Shown here one piece after another: positions 28,189 through 35,170 of a stretch of 64,000 bases of DNA. This DNA is from Geobacter sp. Lineage in GTDB: Bacteria > Desulfobacterota > Desulfuromonadia > Geobacterales > Geobacteraceae. The stretch covers positions 20,465 to 84,464 of the forward strand of contig NZ_DAHVYG010000085.1 of the NCBI RefSeq assembly GCF_027327745.1, given 5' to 3'. Made by a program: the position numbers and the translations under genes. Position 1 is the first letter of the stretch. Each line of letters begins with the position of its first letter. The notes under the pieces are model-generated. The model saw nothing but the letters and a program-made list of their open reading frames with translations. It was not told where the DNA came from and searched no databases.

Positions 28189-28665
28189 ATGCTCAAAACA
28201 CGGTCTTTTCTAAGAACAGTCATACTCGCGGGCATTTTGGCTGTACTACTTGCGGCAGGTGCCGTCCAAGCCGCTGAGGCGCAGCCGGCAAAATCCCTCT
28301 ACGACAGGCTCGGAGGAGTCTACCCGATCTCCGTCGTGGTGGACACATTCATCGATCTATTGCTTGTGAACGATGTGCTCAACGCCAACCCGGCAATCAA
28401 GGCAGCCAGGGAGCGTGTGCCAGCGGCTGGCCTGAAGTATCACGTCACGGCTTTAGTCTGCCAGCAGACCGGCGGTCCGTGCAAATACACAGGCCGCGGG
28501 ATGAAGGAGTCCCACGCACATCTCAATATCAGCGAGAAGGAGTGGCAGGCCATGCTTGCGGATTTCCGCCGAGTGATGAACAACTATGGGGTGCCCGCGA
28601 AGGAGCAGGAGGAGTTGGTGGCTATCGTCGAAAGCACGAAGAAAGACATCGTAGTCAGGAAGTAA
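28189..28665 (+). CDS. group-I-type truncated haemoglobin with an N-terminal Sec signal peptide
   Basis: Signal MLKTRSFLRTVILAGILAVLLAAGAVQA. SLYDRLGG start of the globin. Proximal-His region GRGMKESHAHLNIS, which by eye aligns to M. tuberculosis HbN APMKQVHQGRGIT. Confidence 0.7.
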   Translation: MLKTRSFLRTVILAGILAVLLAAGAVQAAEAQPAKSLYDRLGGVYPISVVVDTFIDLLLVNDVLNANPAIKAARERVPAAGLKYHVTALVCQQTGGPCKYTGRGMKESHAHLNISEKEWQAMLADFRRVMNNYGVPAKEQEELVAIVESTKKDIVVRK

Positions 28666-28682
28666 AAACTGCTGCCTAACAC

Positions 28683-28976
28683 CTGATTAGAACCAATCTT
28701 CCGCTTGATCAGAATCCTCCCTCCCCCTTGATGGGGGAGGGAGGGGGTGGGGGTGCAACTCACTGATTAATACGTATCATTTTTCACCCTCCCCCTAGTG
28801 CATTGTAACATTTAAGTTTTCGTATCTAACTCCTCCAAACCTCCCCTTGACAGGGGAGGCTTAAAGGCTTCCCCCCTGTTAAGGGGGGATCGAGGGGGGG
28901 GTAGATGTTTCAAAGTACTAGCCCCCTCCCATTGAAGGGAGGGGGAATGCTTTAGCGGAAGATCAGTGTTAATCAG
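28683..28976. repeat. 294-bp non-coding element with 23-bp imperfect terminal inverted repeats and four GC-rich hairpins (MITE-like or REP-cluster)
   Basis: Left end CTGATTAGAACCAATCTTCCGCT matches the reverse complement of the right end, CTGATTAACACTGATCTTCCGCT, at 19/23. Hairpins at 28716-28744, 28840-28859, 28871-28888 and 28922-28945. Confidence 0.5.
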
Positions 28977-29024
28977 CTTCCAGCATGAGACCCTTGCGGA
29001 ACCGCGCCGGCGCTGTCTCCTTTC

Positions 29025-29369
29025 TCACAGCGTGACGAGACTTCCCGCCTGGCCGGCGATGTCGGCGAGGATCTTGATCGCCTTGGCCGCCTTGTCGACC
29101 ACCTCGGCCACCTTCTCCAGCTTCTGCATCTCCTTCGTGATCTGCTGCGCCACCGCCTCCAGCCGGCTACCTGCCGCCCGCAGGGCGTCGATCCGCTCGT
29201 CGAGGGCCTGGGTGATGATGACATCTTCCTGGTTGTCCAGGTCGACGTAGAGGTTCTCGAAGAGCGCCCGCTGGTCGGCGGTGAGGCCGGGGGCGGTGCG
29301 GGCGTCGCCCGCAGCCTTCTTGGCCTCGCGCACTTTCTGCAGGACGATGAGGCGTTCGGTGTTTGCCAT
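29025..29369 (-). CDS. 114-aa predicted coiled-coil protein, unknown function
   Basis: ORF with a GGGAGA SD. Heptad-like helical sequence. Last gene of the array. Confidence 0.6.
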   Translation of the reverse strand: MANTERLIVLQKVREAKKAAGDARTAPGLTADQRALFENLYVDLDNQEDVIITQALDERIDALRAAGSRLEAVAQQITKEMQKLEKVAEVVDKAAKAIKILADIAGQAGSLVTL

Positions 29370-29391
29370 GATTTATCTCCCTGATGATCAG

Positions 29392-30387
29392 TTAGTTACT
29401 TTTCAGCTTCTTCCTGAGCCTGTTCGCCTCGTTCACCTCGTCCACGAGGGCCTTCACCTGCTCGATGGAGCCCTTGAGCCAGCGTCGCTCGGTTACGTTC
29501 TGCGCCAGAGCCCGGTGGGCGGCGCGGAACGTTTCTGCCGCCCGGAGCGCCTTCATCGCCAGCTGGACGGTGTCGTCGGCATCGCCGAGGCCGTCGACGA
29601 CGAGCGCCACCGCTTCGATCTGCTGCTTTCCGCCGGCGGTGTCGGCGATCCTTTTGTAGCTCTCCCGGAGGTCCGCCGCCACGTTCCGGATCAGGTCGAG
29701 CTGCTCCGGCGGCGTTGCGGCGGCGGTGATGGTGAGCTTCATGTCCTTGAGGTCCGCCGGCGAGAGGTAGAGGGCGAGGAGCTTCTCGACCTCGGAAATC
29801 ATCGCCTCCACCACCGGATCGGCGCTGGTGACCGCCCGTTTCAGCGCCCGGGCCTGTTTGTGGCGAATGTAGACGCCGCCGGCCTCCCGCACGCCGGCGG
29901 CGGCCAGGGCGCCGAAGCTTTCCAGGTTCGTCCCCCGCAGCTTGTTGTAGCTCGCGATCCCCTTGTCAACGGACCGTCCGAGGCTCTCGGCGCTTCCCTG
30001 GAGGTCGTTGGTGTAGGTGCCGGCGGTGAGCTTCACGAGGAGTCCGGCGTAATCGTTCAGGACGCCGAGGGCGTTGTCCGCCGCCGTGGCGCGCTGCTCC
30101 AGCTCGCGGCGGATGTCGACGGCCGCCTCCACCTGGCGCAGCGCCGCGTCACCGCTGGCGAAGGTGGTCGCTTCGAGGATCTTCTGCTCCGCCCGCAGAT
30201 CGGCGTGAGCCTGGATCACGGCGCCGGGGAAGGTGCCGTAATCTTTGGCCGCCTTGGCGAAGGTGGCCACCTCCTTCACCTGCGACGAGGTGAGAACGGC
30301 GCCGCACCCCTGGAGCGCGACGGCTGCCACGAGGATGACGATGAGGATGAGCGTCTGCCGGATTACCGTGGGAAAGGTTGGTTTCAT
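29392..30387 (-). CDS. 331-aa helical lipoprotein, unknown function
   Basis: Start MKPTFPTVIRQTLILIVILVAAVALQGC (lipobox LQGC). The longer 588-aa ORF in the track is a 5' out-of-context extension. Confidence 0.65.
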   Translation of the reverse strand: MKPTFPTVIRQTLILIVILVAAVALQGCGAVLTSSQVKEVATFAKAAKDYGTFPGAVIQAHADLRAEQKILEATTFASGDAALRQVEAAVDIRRELEQRATAADNALGVLNDYAGLLVKLTAGTYTNDLQGSAESLGRSVDKGIASYNKLRGTNLESFGALAAAGVREAGGVYIRHKQARALKRAVTSADPVVEAMISEVEKLLALYLSPADLKDMKLTITAAATPPEQLDLIRNVAADLRESYKRIADTAGGKQQIEAVALVVDGLGDADDTVQLAMKALRAAETFRAAHRALAQNVTERRWLKGSIEQVKALVDEVNEANRLRKKLKSN

Positions 30388-30431
30388 CGGGTCTCCTTTT
30401 GTGGATGACGTGCATTCATTTCCGGGGCAGA

Positions 30432-31460
30432 CTACCCCGGTCTGTTCACCGGCGTGTTCCCGGGGTTGTCGTACCAGGCGAAGTAGTGCTCCGCGCCGGT
30501 GCGTCCCGAGGCGACCAGCTCGTTCTTCCTGTCGTCGGTGATATCGAAGTCGGTGGCCCCCACGTCGAGGGTGTCGATGTAGATGGTCCGCTGCCAGTCG
30601 TCGCTGTGGAGGTGCTGTCCCTCCTGGACGTTGAGGACGGTGGCGACGAGCGCCTTCACGTAGTCGAAGAAGTCGCCGATCGGCCGGTGGGGAGGTTCGG
30701 CCTGGTCGCGAAAGACGGCGATCTCCGAGGCGGAATCGAGGCGGAAGCCGAGGGTCTCCTCGTTGTAGATGTAAGGGCTCACCGTCTTCCCCGACTGGCT
30801 CAGGAGCTCGTTGCGCTCGGCGTAGTAGTCGGTGGGGTGGGCGTGGGCCTCCGCGTACTTCTGGCGGTCGAAGAGCTTCACCGGGTAGTTGTCGAGAACG
30901 CCGCCGTCCACGTAGACGTCCCCCCGGATCCCCCGCTTCGCCGCGAAGAAGAGGGGGATCGACATGGAGATCCGGACGGCATCGGCTACGCACATCCTCG
31001 GGGTGTGCTCGGCGGAGAAGACCTCGGCGAAGCCGGTGGAGAGGTTCGTTCCGATGAAGTATAGATCGCGGAACCCCTTCGCCTCCTTCATCCCCGCCAC
31101 GTCGCCGAAGGTCGACTCGCTGTTGCCGGTCTTTTGGCCGATTATCCGTCCGGTCCACTCCCGGAAGGCATCCCCCTTGTACCAGCCGAAGTCATTCAGG
31201 AGGCGGTCGGTGTCGCGGACGATCCCGAAGGAGTCGTCGAGGAATTTCTTGAAGTCGAGAGAACGGACCTCCGCCTCGATCTGGTCCGGCCCGTAGCCGA
31301 GGCCGACCAGCAGTGCGGTGATGGCGCCGGCCGAGGTCCCCCCCACCCGGGTTATGCCGTCGAGGATCCCCTTCTCCCGGAGCACCGCCAGGGCCCCCAA
31401 GTAGGCGACCCCCTTGACCCCTCCTCCCTCGAAGACGAGATTTCTGAAGTGATAGCCCAT
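30432..31460 (-). CDS. patatin-like phospholipase
   Basis: GGGVKG oxyanion motif, GTSAG nucleophile elbow, DGG catalytic Asp motif (VYVDGGVLDNYP). No signal peptide. Confidence 0.9.
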   Translation of the reverse strand: MGYHFRNLVFEGGGVKGVAYLGALAVLREKGILDGITRVGGTSAGAITALLVGLGYGPDQIEAEVRSLDFKKFLDDSFGIVRDTDRLLNDFGWYKGDAFREWTGRIIGQKTGNSESTFGDVAGMKEAKGFRDLYFIGTNLSTGFAEVFSAEHTPRMCVADAVRISMSIPLFFAAKRGIRGDVYVDGGVLDNYPVKLFDRQKYAEAHAHPTDYYAERNELLSQSGKTVSPYIYNEETLGFRLDSASEIAVFRDQAEPPHRPIGDFFDYVKALVATVLNVQEGQHLHSDDWQRTIYIDTLDVGATDFDITDDRKNELVASGRTGAEHYFAWYDNPGNTPVNRPG

Positions 31461-31563
31461 GGTTCCCCTCCCTGATGACAGTGACGATGATTCACGAATC
31501 CTGAATTCGGCAGTTGGACGGGGTCTGCTCCGCTCAGAACGCCCTCTTTCTGCTGCGGCTAAC

Positions 31564-32448
31564 TCACGCCGGCGCCAGGTTCAGCGCGGCCACGGCGGCG
31601 CGGACATCCTCGGGCCAGATGAAGAGCCGGTGCTGGGGCTTCACCCTGATGTACTCCTCGGGGCCGTGGAGGAGGCCGGTCATCATGTCGGCGCAGTAAC
31701 GGGTGACCCAGCAGGTGCGTTCCTTACCGGTGAGCTTTGTTCCGCGCACGAGCTTCCCCGTCACCTCCCAGAGCCGGTAGGCCATGCGGAATTCGTAGCC
31801 GGCCAGCATCAGCGGATCGGCCCACGCCCCTTTCCCCTGGGTCACCGCCTCCTCGCCCGCCTGGTGGAAGATATCGAGGTCGGCCTGGCCGGGAAGGCTC
31901 GGGTAGATGAGAAACGGCGCCGCCCATCCGGACTCGACCATCAGGAGGTTGAAGGTGGCCCGCTCGTGCCGGGTCATGTTCGCCCGCTCGGCCGCCGTAT
32001 ACTCGGGGGCGATGTAGGCGAGGAGCCGGCCGTACTGGTCGAAGGGACGGTCCGCGGTCCGGACGAAGAGGGGGCGAAACGTCCCCGTGGGGCGGCGGAG
32101 CAGGTCGTCGATGAGGGCCTGGAACGCCTCGCTGGCCTGCTCCCCCTGGCGCTGGTGGCGGCTTCCGGCGTCGCCGGTGGCAAGGCGCGGCGCCAGGTAG
32201 GCGGCCATCTCCGGCGAGACCGGCGCCTTCCCGGCCGCGATCCAGTCGGCGAGTTCCGCGAGCCGCGCGTCGTGCTTCGAGGGGGCGGTGGTTCCGGGGT
32301 AGTGGACCTCGGGGGTGTCGATGCTGAGCATCCGGATGGAGACGGAGATGACCGGCGTATCGCCGTCGGAGTGGCGCAGGTAGCGCTGCGTGCCGATGCT
32401 GTCGAGGGTGAAGCCGTTCGGTTGCCAGAAGATCTTGAGCGCGGCCAT
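31564..32448 (-). CDS. staphylococcal-nuclease (SNase/thermonuclease)-like nuclease with a C-terminal extension; no signal peptide
   Basis: DGDTPVISVSIRMLSIDTPE and DQYGRLLAYI match SNase core motifs. Start MAALKIF is preceded by AGGAGGA. Confidence 0.7.
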   Translation of the reverse strand: MAALKIFWQPNGFTLDSIGTQRYLRHSDGDTPVISVSIRMLSIDTPEVHYPGTTAPSKHDARLAELADWIAAGKAPVSPEMAAYLAPRLATGDAGSRHQRQGEQASEAFQALIDDLLRRPTGTFRPLFVRTADRPFDQYGRLLAYIAPEYTAAERANMTRHERATFNLLMVESGWAAPFLIYPSLPGQADLDIFHQAGEEAVTQGKGAWADPLMLAGYEFRMAYRLWEVTGKLVRGTKLTGKERTCWVTRYCADMMTGLLHGPEEYIRVKPQHRLFIWPEDVRAAVAALNLAPA

Positions 32449-32519
32449 GCTGGTATCCTCCTGATATGCCCCATGCTGACGGTTTTGCTGATTTGTCGCG
32501 CGCCTTCCGCGGTCCGGTC

Positions 32520-32855
32520 TCAGCGCACCCGGATCGGGGGGATGTCGTTGTACGGGCGGTTGAGGACACTGACCGGCCTGGTGACTGGCAGTTGCCCCAC
32601 CCATACCTCCAGGACGTAGTTTCCCGGCGGGATGTTCTGGAGGTAGTAGAACCCCTGGTTGTCGGTGTACGCGGGGTAGGACCGCCCCCTGTCCCTGGAG
32701 AAGAGCGTCACGGCCATGGCGGTTGCCGGGTAGATGCCGTACGGGGTCCAGCGCTCGATCCTTCCGCGGACCGTCTGCGCCTCCGCCCACTGGGCACTTC
32801 CGAAAACGACGGAAAGCACCACTCCCCATGCTGCCAGTGTGGTTCTGACTCTCAT
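32520..32855 (-). CDS. secreted carboxypeptidase-regulatory-like (CarboxypepD_reg) beta-sandwich protein
   Basis: Signal peptide ...VVFGSAQWAEA. The motif TDNQGFYYLQNIPPGNYVLEV is typical of the fold. Confidence 0.6.
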   Translation of the reverse strand: MRVRTTLAAWGVVLSVVFGSAQWAEAQTVRGRIERWTPYGIYPATAMAVTLFSRDRGRSYPAYTDNQGFYYLQNIPPGNYVLEVWVGQLPVTRPVSVLNRPYNDIPPIRVR

Positions 32856-33424
32856 TGTGCCGGTCTCCCCGTGTTTCTTCCCATGTACGGAACGCTGGAG
32901 CGCTGCAGCCTTATCTGCTCGGCAATCAGCTTGGTCTTGCCCCCCTTGTCCGTTTCCACCGTGAGTCCCGGGCCGCCGAACGCGTACCGCTTGTCCCCGA
33001 GCGGAACGTATACCGATTCGTAACCGTCGTGGTGCAGAACGAGGGTCGGAAAATCGAGTTTGCCCGCCTGGTTACGCCTCACCGGGACGTCTAGGACGAA
33101 GCTCCCGTCGCCGAAAAACGTCACGGCATTCGGCCGCACCGATATGTCGGATTCGACCAGCGTATCCCCGGGGTTCGCCATCACCGCCTTCCCCTTGATC
33201 GTCCATACCTCGTAGGTCTTGGGGCGGGTTGTAATGAAGCCCGTCATGACCAGCACGAGCAGGAAATAGCCGGCGAACGCCCCCGAGAGCTGGACGTTCA
33301 ACCCCTTGAACGGCCCCCTGACGAACGTTCGGGAGGGGAGAAACCGGTAGATGATGACGGCGGGGACCAGGGGGAGGAGGATGGTCATCACCACCAGGGT
33401 CAGGTAGATGGCGTTGTCGCTCAC
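32852..33424 (-). CDS. membrane protein, unknown function (2-3 TM helices plus a soluble domain)
   Basis: GTG start. Hydrophobic IYLTLVVMTILLPLVPAVIIY and FAGYFLLVLVMTGFI. 4-nt overlap with the downstream gene. Confidence 0.55.
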   Translation of the reverse strand: MSDNAIYLTLVVMTILLPLVPAVIIYRFLPSRTFVRGPFKGLNVQLSGAFAGYFLLVLVMTGFITTRPKTYEVWTIKGKAVMANPGDTLVESDISVRPNAVTFFGDGSFVLDVPVRRNQAGKLDFPTLVLHHDGYESVYVPLGDKRYAFGGPGLTVETDKGGKTKLIAEQIRLQRSSVPYMGRNTGRPAQ

Positions 33425-33546
33425 AGTTTCTTAACCTCTGGCGTCTAGGGGTCTGTCGGACTTAGGGAATCGTAGAGAGATCGAATTGCATGGTAGGTCT
33501 CCTTGGATTATTGGACCCGGAAAGCCGGAAAACGCTCCCTGTCCCC

Positions 33547-34338
33547 TTACCGGTACGCCGGCAGCCGGACCACCTGGCGCGGCCCCTGGATCTGCTCTTT
33601 CTCCGTGCGGCGCGGGTCACGGAACTCCACCTCCACGTGGTACTCGGGGGCCAGGAGATCGGGGCCACCCCGGTATTCGTCGGCAAAGTAGACGAGCCTC
33701 ACGTCGCGGATGTCGTAAGGCCTCTTTCCGCACTCGTCCCGCCGGGCAAGCCCCTCGCGCACCGCGCGCAACACGTCGTGCTCGCGCACCAGCTCCCGCT
33801 CCTCGAACACGTCCAACCCTTCCCAGAGCCCCACATGCATCATGACGGGACGCTCGGTTTCCTTGAAGATCATCCGGACCTTCCCCCGGGGCCCCACCAC
33901 CGGCACCCCGTTGAGGGCGATCTTCGACATGACGTCGGTCTTGGCTTTCACCAGCCGGCGCTCCTTGCCGTTGAAGACCACCGCCTCGGTCTGGAACGCC
34001 TCCAGGTCGAAATCGAGCCGGATCCGCTCGTCGCCCCCCTTCGGAGCCAGATCGAACTTCTTCAGCAGTTCGCCGGCCCAGCTCCGGGCCCGCGTCTCGC
34101 TCACCGGCTTCTCGGCGCACTCCCCCCAGGATACCGACTGATCGGCGAAGAAGAGGAGACCGGCAAAGGTGGCGCAGGGGCGGGCGAAGGCCAGGGAGCG
34201 GGTGCCATCGCCGATGAAGAGGGCTTCGTCGGTCTCAGCCGCCTTCCCCTTGAGGTTCAGGGAGGCGGCCAGTTTCGTGAAGATGTCGGGGGTCAGTCTT
34301 TTCGTCGTCCGCTTGTATAGAAAGATAGAATCGGCCAT
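33547..34338 (-). CDS. 263-aa hypothetical protein
   Basis: ORF with a GAGGAGGA SD, 15 nt after the upstream stop. No family recognised. Confidence 0.6.
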   Translation of the reverse strand: MADSIFLYKRTTKRLTPDIFTKLAASLNLKGKAAETDEALFIGDGTRSLAFARPCATFAGLLFFADQSVSWGECAEKPVSETRARSWAGELLKKFDLAPKGGDERIRLDFDLEAFQTEAVVFNGKERRLVKAKTDVMSKIALNGVPVVGPRGKVRMIFKETERPVMMHVGLWEGLDVFEERELVREHDVLRAVREGLARRDECGKRPYDIRDVRLVYFADEYRGGPDLLAPEYHVEVEFRDPRRTEKEQIQGPRQVVRLPAYR

Positions 34339-34353
34339 GTCTGCTTCCTCCTC

Positions 34354-35139
34354 TCAGCAGGCGTGGGGGACCCACGTCCAACTGAACCAGTTGGCGGCTC
34401 CCCGGCGCGGGTCGGGGCTCACGTGTCCCCGGTCCCAGATGTAGTCGTTCTGGGTGTCGGTCCCCTGGGTGTTGGCGTAAAGGACCGCCGCCTCGTAGGG
34501 GGCCGGCTGGACCAGCGACGTCATGGCGAACCAGGCGTCGATCACCTTGAGGGGGATCCGGCCTATCATCCACTCGGGGATGCCGAAGATGACCGAGGGC
34601 CAGCGTCCGTCCAGGTATGCGGCGAAGTAGCGCCCGGGGGTCGCCAGATCGAGGCTCACGGTGGTGAAGGAGCAGATGGTGTGCATCCCCTGGAAAGCCT
34701 CGGCCCAGCGGTCGAAGACGTCGAGGTTGGTCCCCCCCAGGTTTGCGTCGAGCTGCAGGGTGTTGCAGACCTCCAGGGCGAGCCATTCGAGGTCGTCATA
34801 GCCGAGCCGCAAATCGCCGTTGGTGGGGCCGGAGTAGTGGTCGCACTCCACCAGGTTGTCGTCGGGGACATCGCAGCGGAAGTAGAATCCCCAGGGGCTG
34901 CCGTGCCCGGTGAAGTAGACGAAGTCCGCGGTGTCGACCCACTGGTCCGCGGTCCCCCCCTTGTCGGGGCGCTTGAAGTCCTGTTCCCAGGCGGCGCCGT
35001 TCCCCCAGTTGAAGGAACCGACCCAGCCATCGTGATTAACGAGTTCGTCGTAGAACCCCCCTGCATCCTCGTGCTCGTGGGTGAGCTGATTGAGGCAATC
35101 GTAGGTATTGACCCATTCGACGCCGACTTCCTTTGCCAT
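34354..35139 (-). CDS. 261-aa hypothetical protein with a gingipain/clan-CD-like His-Gly...Cys arrangement
   Basis: FVYFTGHGSPWGF then LEWLALEVCNT about 45 aa later. Compare gingipain INYTGHGSETAW ... LPFIFDVACVNG (from memory). GGAGGTG SD. Confidence 0.6.
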   Translation of the reverse strand: MAKEVGVEWVNTYDCLNQLTHEHEDAGGFYDELVNHDGWVGSFNWGNGAAWEQDFKRPDKGGTADQWVDTADFVYFTGHGSPWGFYFRCDVPDDNLVECDHYSGPTNGDLRLGYDDLEWLALEVCNTLQLDANLGGTNLDVFDRWAEAFQGMHTICSFTTVSLDLATPGRYFAAYLDGRWPSVIFGIPEWMIGRIPLKVIDAWFAMTSLVQPAPYEAAVLYANTQGTDTQNDYIWDRGHVSPDPRRGAANWFSWTWVPHAC

Positions 35140-35170
35140 GGTGCACCTCCGTGTGGTTGGCGGTTCGTTG

